54,972 nt of DNA from Patescibacteria group bacterium. Its GTDB lineage: Bacteria > Patescibacteriota > Minisyncoccia > Phycocordibacterales > JBHPGB01. The notes under the pieces are model-generated. The model was not told the origin of the DNA and did no database searches. It saw nothing but the letters and a program-made list of their open reading frames with translations. The translations under genes and the position numbers were made by a program. The stretch is taken from assembly GCA_042571085.1 (NCBI GenBank), contig JBHPGB010000004.1:1-54972 (forward strand). Direction: 5' to 3'. Shown in pieces: positions 8,464 through 16,563 of the stretch. How positions within the stretch are numbered: the stretch's first letter is position 1; each line of letters begins with the position of its first letter.

Positions 8464-9090
8464 ATGCCCAAACGCAAAATAGAATTTTATACAGGAGGAA
8501 CATATCACATATATAATAGAGGTGTAGATAAGCGTGATATTGTGACTGATCAATACGATCAGCTTCGTTTTTTACGTACTTTAAACATATTTAACACAAC
8601 AGAACATGTTGGAAGTGTGTACGAGTACGATGTGTGCACAAAGAAGAGAAAACTTGGCGCTCCGAGCACCAAGTTGGTAGAAATTATTGCGTTTAATTTG
8701 TTGGATAACCACTACCATTTGATTTTGAGGCAGTTGGTGGATGGTGGTATTAGTAAGTTCATGCAAAGTTTTTCCGCAGGGTATGTTATGTATTTTAATA
8801 ATAAACATGAAAGATCAGGACCATTATTCCAAGGAGCTTTCAAAGCATCACCTGTTGGAGAAAGAAAGGAAGAGATTATTGCTTATGTAAATTTAAATCA
8901 TGTGATTCATGGACTTGGCGCTCCGAGCGCCAAGTGGGGGATACGCAGTAGTTGGAGGGAGTATGGCGATAAAATGGCAGGTATTGTAGAGATTAAAAAA
9001 TGGAAAGATTTCAATAAAAAAAGATCAATAGAAATTGCGCGAAAAGTAAAGCAAGAGCGAGATGAGGTGAAAAAGAATGAGTTTGAATAA
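8464..9090 (+). CDS. REP-associated tyrosine transposase (RAYT/TnpA-REP, Y1 HUH family)
   Basis: YHIYNRG motif, HUH motif DNHYHL, SGPLFQG, and catalytic-type AYV-LN helix. ATG at 8464 follows TATAAT at 8452. Confidence 0.85.
   Translation: MPKRKIEFYTGGTYHIYNRGVDKRDIVTDQYDQLRFLRTLNIFNTTEHVGSVYEYDVCTKKRKLGAPSTKLVEIIAFNLLDNHYHLILRQLVDGGISKFMQSFSAGYVMYFNNKHERSGPLFQGAFKASPVGERKEEIIAYVNLNHVIHGLGAPSAKWGIRSSWREYGDKMAGIVEIKKWKDFNKKRSIEIARKVKQERDEVKKNEFE
8651..8675. repeat. REP-like palindrome 2, inside the RAYT ORF
   Basis: aacttggcgct-ccg-agcaccaagtt, translated as KLGAPSTKL. Confidence 0.85.
8913..8935. repeat. REP-like palindrome 3, inside the RAYT ORF
   Basis: acttggcgct-ccg-agcgccaagt, translated as LGAPSAK. 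Confidence 0.85.
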
Positions 9091-9114
9091 ACTTGGCGCT
9101 CCGAGCGCCAAGTT
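9090..9114. repeat. REP-like palindrome 4, directly after the RAYT stop
   Basis: aacttggcgct-ccg-agcgccaagtt. Confidence 0.85.
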
Positions 9115-9162
9115 GGTGCTTATTGTATACAAATTCTTATTTTTCCATATAATAGAGCTATT

Positions 9163-10929
9163 ATGCAATCACAAGAAATCAGACAGAAATTTTTAGACTT
9201 TTTTGAAAAGCGTGGACACGCAATATTACCAAGCGCTTCACTTGTGCCGGAGAATGATCCTTCGGTGCTTTTTACTACCGCTGGTATGCAGCCACTAGTG
9301 CCATATTTGCTTGGAGAAGCACATCCTAAAGGTGAAATGCTTGCGAGTGTGCAGAAGTGTGTGCGTACTCAAGACATTGATGAAATTGGCGACAACACTC
9401 ACGATACTTTTTTTGAAATGCTTGGTAATTGGTCACTTGGATCATATTTTAAAAAAGAGGCTATTACTTGGAGTTATGAGTTTTTAACCAGTAAAGATGA
9501 GGGATTAAGACTCGATCCATCTAAGCTATACGTGACGGTGTTTGAAGGTAATGAAGATGCGCCACGAGACGAAGAGTCGTTTGAAATATGGAAGTCGCTC
9601 GGCGTGCCAGAGCACCGTATCTATTTCATGGATGCGAAATCAAATTGGTGGAGTCCGGGTGAAGACGGGCCATGCGGGCCAGATTCAGAAATGTTTTACG
9701 ATGTGACTGATAAAGGTTTGGGCGACATGACGAAAGAAGAGTTTATCGCAGCAGATGATAGACAAGACGTGGTGGAGATTTGGAATGATGTGTTTATGGA
9801 ATATGAAAAGAAAGAAGGAAAGGTAGTCGGCAAACTCGCGAAGCAGAATGTTGACACAGGTGCCGGGCTTGAGCGTCTTGTGATGGTAATGCAAGGGAAA
9901 AATAATATTTTTGACACTGATTTGTTTGAGGATTTAATTACACATATTCGCGAGCACGCATCAAATGAAAACATACGCGCAGAGAGAATTTTTGCGGATC
10001 ATATTCGCACAGCAACATTCATGATCGCTGATGGTGTGACTCCTTCAAACACAGATAGTGGATACATCCTACGTCGTCTTTTGCGCCGTGCTGTGCGATA
10101 TGGTGATGTACTCGGTATTTCAAAAGGAATACTTTTTGAGTTTGCAGGAATTGTGATTAAAAAATATGAGGCTGTTTATCCAAATCTTGGCAAGCAATCA
10201 TCTGTGATAGAAGAAGAGATAAGAAAAGAAGAAGTTAAATTTAGGGAAACGCTTGAGAAGGGAATGAAAGAGTTCGAAAAAATTTCACACGCAAATATTT
10301 CCGGCCGAGATGCTTTTGTACTCTTTAGTACGTACGGCTTTCCGTTTGAAATGACAGAAGAGCTTGCGGAAGAGCACGGCATATCTGTGAACGAAGATGA
10401 ATATAAAGCAGAAATGGAAAAACACCAAGAGCTTTCCCGCACAGCTTCAGCAGGTAAATTTAAAGGTGGAGTAGGAGGAGATTCTCCGGAGCAAAGAAAA
10501 TATCACACAGCTACACACTTATTACAGCAAGCGCTTCGCGATGTGCTTGGTAATCATGTGACTCAGAAGGGAAGTAATATAACAGACGAGCGGTTACGCT
10601 TTGATTTTACACATGGAGAAAAAATGAGTGCAGAAGAAAAAGTGCGTGTGGAAGATATTGTAAATGAAAAAATTAACGACGCCCTACCAATTTCATTTGA
10701 AGAAATGAGTGTTGATGAGGCGCGTGAGCTTGGTGCACTTGGTATATTTGATGATAAGTATGGTGACAAGGTAAAAGTGTATACAGTGGGCGAGAAAGAC
10801 GATGTGTATAGTAGGGAAATATGTGGCGGTCCGCACGTGGAAAATACAAGCGAGCTCGGTAAATTCAGAATTAAGAAAGAAGAAGCTAGTTCGGCGGGAG
10901 TTAGGCGAATAAAAGCAGTGCTTGAATAA
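9163..10929 (+). CDS. alaS: Alanine--tRNA ligase, short form (588 aa)
   Basis: LFTTAGMQP, HDTFFEMLGNWS, VDTGAGLERL; editing domain HTATH and CGGPH; ends SAGVRRIKAV. Confidence 0.96.
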   Translation: MQSQEIRQKFLDFFEKRGHAILPSASLVPENDPSVLFTTAGMQPLVPYLLGEAHPKGEMLASVQKCVRTQDIDEIGDNTHDTFFEMLGNWSLGSYFKKEAITWSYEFLTSKDEGLRLDPSKLYVTVFEGNEDAPRDEESFEIWKSLGVPEHRIYFMDAKSNWWSPGEDGPCGPDSEMFYDVTDKGLGDMTKEEFIAADDRQDVVEIWNDVFMEYEKKEGKVVGKLAKQNVDTGAGLERLVMVMQGKNNIFDTDLFEDLITHIREHASNENIRAERIFADHIRTATFMIADGVTPSNTDSGYILRRLLRRAVRYGDVLGISKGILFEFAGIVIKKYEAVYPNLGKQSSVIEEEIRKEEVKFRETLEKGMKEFEKISHANISGRDAFVLFSTYGFPFEMTEELAEEHGISVNEDEYKAEMEKHQELSRTASAGKFKGGVGGDSPEQRKYHTATHLLQQALRDVLGNHVTQKGSNITDERLRFDFTHGEKMSAEEKVRVEDIVNEKINDALPISFEEMSVDEARELGALGIFDDKYGDKVKVYTVGEKDDVYSREICGGPHVENTSELGKFRIKKEEASSAGVRRIKAVLE

Positions 10930-10931
10930 AA

Positions 10932-10998
10932 CAATAAAAAAAGGCTCGCGCTTCGCGCGAGCCTTTTTTATTGCGCGGAAAAGCAAAGCTTTTCCGCG
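10932..10998 (+). terminator. Tandem GC-rich hairpins after alaS (terminator plus second palindrome)
   Basis: aggctcgcgc-ttc-gcgcgagcct + T tract, followed by gcgcggaaaagc-aaa-gcttttccgcgc. Confidence 0.7.
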
Positions 10999-11054
10999 CC
11001 TTATTCCACATCCAACACTCTACATAAGACACACCATTTGCTATAATATATCTA

Positions 11055-11179
11055 ATGAATCCCGTTAGAGATCCAAACTGTTTTTTATGGCAATATGGAA
11101 TATAACGAGATTCTGATCGATGTTTTAACAAGATATAATCAGATACGGAAGATTTTCTTCCTATCTCTAACGGGATGAA
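11055..11179 (+). mobile_element. Start-codon-associated ~120-bp inverted-repeat element, copy 2
   Basis: TIRs atcccgttagagat (11059-11072) and atctctaacgggat (11163-11176). ATGAA direct repeat at 11055-11059 and 11175-11179. Confidence 0.75.
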
Positions 11180-12386
11180 GTTTTCGTTATTTTCACGTAA
11201 TAAAAAAGGTGAAGTCGTTATTGTGTATGATATTGGGTCCGCAAGTGTTGGTGCGGCCTTAGTTTTGCTTGGGAAAGATGAAAAACCAAAAATACTATAC
11301 TCAGTACGTAAAAATATGACCTTTCAAGAAAGATTGGATTTTACACGCTTTACAAAATCAATGACAGAAACAGTAAAACAAGTATCCTCTGATTTGCAAA
11401 AAAATGGTTTATCTCATTTAAAATTTACAAAATTTGGCACTATTTCTCCTGAAAAAATATATTGCACACTCGCGTCTCCTTGGTATGCTTCACAAACAAG
11501 AATTGTCCGAGTGAAAGAAGAGAAACCTTTCTTGATTACAAAAGAAAAAATAAAATCACTTGTAGAAAAAGAAGTAAAAGATTTCATAGATGTTGCAAAA
11601 AATGATAAGCGCATAGGTGGTGGACAAACAAAAATTATTGAACAGCGTGTCATGCAGACAAAGCTAAACGGATATGATACATCTGAGCCGTTTGATAAAA
11701 GAGCTAAAGCACTTGAGTTGTCTGCTATCATAAGTGTTGCACAAAGAGATATTTTAAATGATATAACAGACGCGATACATTCTGTATTTCTGACACCACG
11801 TATAGAATTCAATTCTTTTTCATACGTAGCCTTTGATTCTATTCGTGACATAAAACCAAATGCAAATAAATTCCTATTTTTAGATATAAGTGGAGAGCTT
11901 ACAGACGTGTCTTTGGTTAGGGATGGTGTAATCTTAGAAACAGGCTCTTTTCCGATGGGTAAGAATAGCATATTACGTGATGTCAAAATGGATATTAGTT
12001 CTAGTGAAGGAGAGGCTCTGTCTTTGATACAGATGTATCACAAAAACACATTGGAGAAAGTCCAGAGAGAAAAAATGAAAAAAGTTTTTCTGCAGATAGA
12101 GAAAAAATGGATTTCATTATTCAGAGATTCGCTATTGAAATTATCCGATACTCTTTCTATACCTAGTACAGTATTCTTTACATCAGACGAAAATATGGAA
12201 GATGTGTTTTCTGATCTGATACGAAAGGAAGAGTTTGGACAATTTACAATGACCGACGATGTTTTTTCTGTTGGTTCTGTAAATACCGCTTTTTTGACTA
12301 ACTTTGTTAAGTTTTCAAAAAATGCAGAAAGAGATCCATTTTTAACACTTGGCGCGCTATTTGCGGATAAGGTCCATAATGGATAG
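11175..12386 (+). CDS. Actin-fold (FtsA/PilM-like) protein of unknown function
   Basis: Two ASKHA-like motifs, YDIGSASVG and FLDISGELTDVSLVRDG...SFPMG. Confidence 0.6.
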   Translation: MKFSLFSRNKKGEVVIVYDIGSASVGAALVLLGKDEKPKILYSVRKNMTFQERLDFTRFTKSMTETVKQVSSDLQKNGLSHLKFTKFGTISPEKIYCTLASPWYASQTRIVRVKEEKPFLITKEKIKSLVEKEVKDFIDVAKNDKRIGGGQTKIIEQRVMQTKLNGYDTSEPFDKRAKALELSAIISVAQRDILNDITDAIHSVFLTPRIEFNSFSYVAFDSIRDIKPNANKFLFLDISGELTDVSLVRDGVILETGSFPMGKNSILRDVKMDISSSEGEALSLIQMYHKNTLEKVQREKMKKVFLQIEKKWISLFRDSLLKLSDTLSIPSTVFFTSDENMEDVFSDLIRKEEFGQFTMTDDVFSVGSVNTAFLTNFVKFSKNAERDPFLTLGALFADKVHNG

Positions 12387-12424
12387 AATATAAGAACAAT
12401 AATTTAGAATTTATTAATATACAT

Positions 12425-13789
12425 ATGGCAAAATATTCATTTCAAGATATACGTACACCACGTCGTCGTGCAGCAGCTGCAGCGAAAAAGTCGGCTGAGA
12501 AAGAAAAAATAGAAAAAGTTGTTCCACAAAAAGTTGAAGGTCTTTCAAAAAGAGAAACTAAAGAAAAGCATGACGAGCAACCGCGACAAAACATATCTGC
12601 AATAACACCTCCACCAACTTCGCGTACTAGGGAGGTGTATCAAGATACCGACTACTCACGTTTTGGTGTGTGGTTTGTTGCTGTTGTTGCTGTGATTATT
12701 TTGATTGTTTCTTTTGGTGGATTGTTTGCCGGCGCTACTGTAACAATCACACCTAAGCAGGAAACTAGTGTAATAAATGGAACATTCTCCACATCACAAG
12801 ATGCTGGTGAGGCAGATGTGTCGCACGAGGTAATGATTTTGTCGGACGAAGAGTCTATGGAAGTTCCAGCAACAGAAGAAAAAGAGGTTAGTAGACGAGC
12901 TTCAGGAACTATCGTTGTATACAACAAACACAGCTCTTCAAGCCAGAAGCTTGTGACAAGAACGCGCTTTGAAACACCAGATGGAAAAATATACAGAATA
13001 AAAGGTTCAATTATTGTTCCCGGTACAAAAGTTGAGAATGGTGAAATAATTCCAGGATCTATTGAAGTAAAAGTATATGCAGATGATCCAGGAGAAGAAT
13101 ACAACATAGGCCTTACCGACTTCACAATCCCTGGATTTGAAGGCGACCCTCGCTTTAAAACATTCTATGCACGAAGTAAGACGGAGATGACAGGAGGATT
13201 TTTGGGAACATTAAGATATCCATCAGACGAAGAAATGGAACGCGCTGTAAAAGAATTGAAAAATATTTTGAGTGAGCGTTTTGGCGTAGAAGCTAAAGCA
13301 CAAAAACCAGATAATTTTGTACTATATGATGATGCTCTATTTGTTGAGTTTGATGATATTGGTGAAGATTTTGAAAGTAAGGGTGATACTGTCACAATTA
13401 CACAACGCGCCGTACTGCATGCTATTATTTTCAAAACAGATGATTTTGCTAAATTTATTGCAAGTCAATCATTGGCATCTTTTGATGGAAGTGGTGTGAG
13501 CATACTTGGAATTGAAGAATTAGAATTTAGTATTGAAGACAAGGATTATACATCAGCACTTGATGATGAAATAACGATCAATATTTCTGGTAATGTACAC
13601 ATATTGTGGGATATTGATCACGAAGCATTAAAACAAAGGCTTATAGGGGTATCAAAAAAGAAATTCAAATTTATACTTTCTGAATTCCCAGATATAAAAA
13701 ATGCGAAAGCGTCTATTAGGCCATTCTGGAAGCGGGCATTCCCTGATAAGAGTAAGGATATAAGGATAGAGGAGACCATAGAAGGGTAG
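12425..13789 (+). CDS. Single-pass membrane protein with large C-terminal extracytoplasmic domain (baseplate-J-like, tentative)
   Basis: Charged N-terminus, one TM (FGVWFVAVVAVIILIVSFGGLFAG), then ASGTIVVYN...PGSIEVKVYADDPGEEYNIG, resembling CPR baseplate-J-like proteins from recall. Confidence 0.55.
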   Translation: MAKYSFQDIRTPRRRAAAAAKKSAEKEKIEKVVPQKVEGLSKRETKEKHDEQPRQNISAITPPPTSRTREVYQDTDYSRFGVWFVAVVAVIILIVSFGGLFAGATVTITPKQETSVINGTFSTSQDAGEADVSHEVMILSDEESMEVPATEEKEVSRRASGTIVVYNKHSSSSQKLVTRTRFETPDGKIYRIKGSIIVPGTKVENGEIIPGSIEVKVYADDPGEEYNIGLTDFTIPGFEGDPRFKTFYARSKTEMTGGFLGTLRYPSDEEMERAVKELKNILSERFGVEAKAQKPDNFVLYDDALFVEFDDIGEDFESKGDTVTITQRAVLHAIIFKTDDFAKFIASQSLASFDGSGVSILGIEELEFSIEDKDYTSALDDEITINISGNVHILWDIDHEALKQRLIGVSKKKFKFILSEFPDIKNAKASIRPFWKRAFPDKSKDIRIEETIEG

Positions 13790-13844
13790 ATTGCTTTAAA
13801 CGTTTGTTTATGGTAAATTATGAGGGTTAATTTAAGTAAAAATC

Positions 13845-14003
13845 ATGTCACAAGATAAACTAATAAAACTCCAATGTGGTGAGTGTAAGCGCATCAATTA
13901 CTGGAGCAGAAAAAACAAAAAACTAGTTACACGAAAAATTGAACTCAAAAAATGGTGTAAATGGTGTAAATCAAACAAGCCTCACAAGGAGTCTAAGAAA
14001 TAA
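13845..14003 (+). CDS. rpmG: 50S ribosomal protein L33 (below the ORF-track length cutoff)
   Basis: MSQDKLIKLQCGECKRINYWSRKNKKLVTRKIELKKWCKWCKSNKPHKESKK*, with CxxC...CxxC. Confidence 0.93.
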   Translation: MSQDKLIKLQCGECKRINYWSRKNKKLVTRKIELKKWCKWCKSNKPHKESKK

Positions 14004-14079
14004 CACCAAAAGTTTGAATTTTTACGTATTTCGTATAAACTAAGAGGGAAGTTTAATAGACTTCTTTTTTAGTTTAAAT

Positions 14080-14155
14080 AGGGGTGTGGCGCAATTGGTA
14101 GCGCACCGGTTTCCAAAACCGTAGGTTGCAAGTTCAAGTCTTGTCACCCCTGCCA
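14080..14155 (+). tRNA. trnW: tRNA-Trp (CCA)
   Basis: Acceptor AGGGGTG/CACCCCT, D arm gcgc-aattggta-gcgc, anticodon loop TTCCAAA, T loop TTCAAGT, encoded 3' CCA. C27-U43 mismatch. Confidence 0.93.
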
Positions 14156-14250
14156 CGTCGCTCGAGAGCGACGTGGCCTGCCACTCTGTTTTCAGACTTT
14201 AGTCTGAAAACAGCACCGCAGCCAAAGGCTGCGACTAAGTAGGCCACGTC
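14152..14250 (+). repeat. Multi-hairpin cassette between tRNA-Trp and the GIY-YIG gene
   Basis: Hairpins at 14152-14177, 14186-14213 and 14217-14233. Alternative 10-bp pairing 14170-14179 with 14241-14250. Confidence 0.75.
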
Positions 14251-14275
14251 ACCCGAGCATAAACCACTCTTCACC

Positions 14276-14536
14276 ATGCACTACGTCTACATCCTAAAAT
14301 CTCAAAAAACCGAAAACTGGTTTTACAAAGGATCAGCTGGAGATTTGAAAAGGCGAGTAGCACAACACAGCTCTGGAGAAGTTGATGCGACCAGACCGCA
14401 TTTGCCAGTAGAATTAGTTTATTACGAAGCATATGTATCTGAGAAAGCTGCTCGGGATAGGGAACAGAGCATCAAAAAAAGCGGTTCTGTATGGAAACCG
14501 CTAATGGACAGAATTAAATCAAGTTTGGATGAGTAA
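14276..14536 (+). CDS. Small GIY-YIG nuclease (UPF0213/SLX1-like)
   Basis: HYVYILKS...FYKGSAGDLKRRVAQH...LVYYEAY...ARDREQSIK. Confidence 0.88.
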   Translation: MHYVYILKSQKTENWFYKGSAGDLKRRVAQHSSGEVDATRPHLPVELVYYEAYVSEKAARDREQSIKKSGSVWKPLMDRIKSSLDE

Positions 14537-14548
14537 TATATTAATAAT

Positions 14549-14968
14549 ATGCAAATAAGATCAGCAACAAAATCTGACATGAAAGATGTCGAAAAAATTT
14601 TTAAATTACCAGAGCTTTCAACAGCGACTGGAGAGTATCTTTCCGCGGAAACATTATCTAAATATATGGATGAAAAGTATTTTTTAGTTGCTGAGGATGA
14701 AGGTAATATAATTGGTGCAATGTTTGGAGAGCGGTTAAAAAATGATGGTGCTATGCTTTGGGAGTTTGCTGTTGAAGAAAGTGCCAGAGGGAAAGGTATT
14801 GGCTCAGCGCTACTGGATGTTTTTGAAAAAAATATGATTTCAGAAAGTAGAAGATGGGTAATTTTATATGCACCAGTTAAAAACCCTAAAACAATTAACT
14901 TTTATGAAAAACATAAATACAGCAAAGGAAAGTTACATGTTGAATTCCTAAAATACTTAAATAAATAA
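14549..14968 (+). CDS. GNAT-family N-acetyltransferase
   Basis: FAVEESARGKGIGSALL acetyl-CoA motif and AxxFYEK-like TINFYEKH. Confidence 0.88.
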   Translation: MQIRSATKSDMKDVEKIFKLPELSTATGEYLSAETLSKYMDEKYFLVAEDEGNIIGAMFGERLKNDGAMLWEFAVEESARGKGIGSALLDVFEKNMISESRRWVILYAPVKNPKTINFYEKHKYSKGKLHVEFLKYLNK

Positions 14969-14973
14969 ACACC

Positions 14974-15042
14974 AAAAAACGAACACCTCAACCCGTTGAG
15001 GTGTTCGTTTTTTACGTTTGATTTCAGCCTTATTTTGTGGGA
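14974..15042 (+). repeat. Hairpin plus conserved 27-nt tail, copy 1
   Basis: 18-bp-arm hairpin around ctcaacccgttgag, then gtttgatttcagccttattttgtggga. Confidence 0.7.
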
Positions 15043-15059
15043 TGATTGGAGATAATAAT

Positions 15060-15728
15060 ATGCTAAACAAAATGATAGAAAATACTAAAAACATAGAATA
15101 TTGGAAAGAGGTATTACAAGCGCCAACCCCTGCGTATCAGGAACTTTTTGATTCTGAGCATAAATACTTACTGGAAAATATCACCACAAACTCAATAGTT
15201 TTAGATGTGGGCTGCGGTGAAGGAAGAAACATAAAAAGTATCTTAGAAACAAGCACTTTTGTTTATGGTGTGGATAATGATGCAGATGCAGTTAAAGACG
15301 CAAAAGAAAATTTTAAAGATTTGGATAGCGTTCAAATAATGCAAGGAGCTGCTGCAAACTTACCATTTGAAGATAAAATGTTTGATATTGTAACTTTTCT
15401 TATGATCTTGCCAAACTTAGATAAAGATAAAGAAAAATCTATGCAAGAAATATCGAGAGTTTTAAAAGATGATGGATTTGTTATCCTAAGCACTTTTGCC
15501 GACACTGCATTTGAAGACAGGATGGAAATGTATAAACTGGTCAATGCTCCAATCAAAAAAATAGAGAAAACGAAAGTCATTTTTGATGAAAGTTTCGGAG
15601 CAAATGTCTCTGAACAATTTTCATTACAAGAAATAGAAAAACTTGCAAAATCAGCAGGACTGGTAGTTTCTGACTGTAAAAAAGTTGGTCTGATTGCTCA
15701 TATCTGCAAACTTAAAAAACATCCTTAA
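15060..15728 (+). CDS. Class I SAM-dependent methyltransferase
   Basis: VLDVGCGEG, LPFEDKMFDIV, RVLKDDG. ATG at 15060 with GGAG upstream. Confidence 0.88.
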   Translation: MLNKMIENTKNIEYWKEVLQAPTPAYQELFDSEHKYLLENITTNSIVLDVGCGEGRNIKSILETSTFVYGVDNDADAVKDAKENFKDLDSVQIMQGAAANLPFEDKMFDIVTFLMILPNLDKDKEKSMQEISRVLKDDGFVILSTFADTAFEDRMEMYKLVNAPIKKIEKTKVIFDESFGANVSEQFSLQEIEKLAKSAGLVVSDCKKVGLIAHICKLKKHP

Positions 15729-15788
15729 AAATACGGCTCAACCCAGTTGAGCCGTATTTTTGTTTGATTTCAGTCTTATTTTATGGGA
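15727..15788 (+). repeat. Hairpin plus conserved 27-nt tail, copy 2
   Basis: aaaaatacggctcaa-cccag-ttgagccgtattttt, then gtttgatttcagtcttattttatggga (25/27 identical to copy 1). Confidence 0.7.
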
Positions 15789-15820
15789 CTATGAATATGA
15801 ATTAAATTGATAAAAATTTT

Positions 15821-16264
15821 ATGAAAATTACAATTTGTGGAAGTATTGCGTTTTATGATGAGATGCTGGATATTAAGAATAAACTTGAGATTCTTGGGCA
15901 TGAGGTAAAATTACCTCCGCATGAAGTTAAAGATGACAATGGAATAATGATGCCAGTAAAAGAATATTATGCTCAAAGAAAAGCAACAAGCACTGATGAT
16001 AGTTGGATTTGGGACAGAAAGGAGGAGGCAATGATTGATCATTTTAATAAGGTGTCTTGGTCAGATGTAATACTTGTAACTAATTATGATAAAAATGATA
16101 TTGTTGGTTATGTTGGTGGAAATACTTTGATGGAAATGGGGGTTGCTTTTTTCTTGAAGAAACCAATCTATTTACTTGAGCAGCTTCCAGAAATATCATA
16201 TAAAGAAGAAATACTCGGAATGAAGCCGGCTGTTATAAATAATGATTTAGAAAAAATATTATGA
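15821..16264 (+). CDS. Nucleoside 2-deoxyribosyltransferase-like hypothetical protein
   Basis: ITICGS...SDVILVTN...GGNTLMEMGVAFFLKKPIYLL pattern of the NDT-like fold. Confidence 0.6.
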   Translation: MKITICGSIAFYDEMLDIKNKLEILGHEVKLPPHEVKDDNGIMMPVKEYYAQRKATSTDDSWIWDRKEEAMIDHFNKVSWSDVILVTNYDKNDIVGYVGGNTLMEMGVAFFLKKPIYLLEQLPEISYKEEILGMKPAVINNDLEKIL

Positions 16265-16551
16265 AAGAAGTAGAAATAAAGGTAAAAGTTGAAAATATTG
16301 AAGATCTTAAACTTAAGCTAGAAAAGCTCGGGTTTGTTTTTTCTGATTCTGTTATACAAAATGATACAGTTTTTACTGATAAGCAAACGGCTAAACAATA
16401 TGATACTTTTGTATCAGATGTAAACTTTTTGAGAATTAGAGAGCAAGGAGATAAAATATTGTTTACACTGAAAAGACCGCAAACCGGAGAGCTGGATTGT
16501 ATTGAACGAGAAATAGAATTTAAAGATGTTGATAAGCTTACAAAATTATAA
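16261..16551 (+). pseudogene. Truncated CYTH/class IV adenylate cyclase-like protein
   Basis: EVEIKVKV (ExExK), Q-D-F, LRIR, LTLK-like FTLK and EREIE motifs are present, but the ORF stops at 96 aa, about half a CYTH domain. Confidence 0.65.
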
Positions 16552-16563
16552 ATAAAAATTAAA

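Noticed and set aside
8427-9114. CRISPR array (four palindromic repeats)
   Set aside because: Spacing is irregular (about 150-240 bp), one copy is inverted, two are inside an ORF, and there are no cas genes.
14080-14155. Alternative genetic code (UGA recoding, as in Gracilibacteria/SR1)
   Set aside because: Core genes translate full-length with code 11, Trp is encoded by TGG in conserved positions, and the tRNA anticodon is CCA.
14974-15788. Integron attC sites
   Set aside because: The hairpins lack the RYYYAAC/GTTRRRY ends and extrahelical bases of attC, and no IntI is present. Kept as an unexplained repeat.
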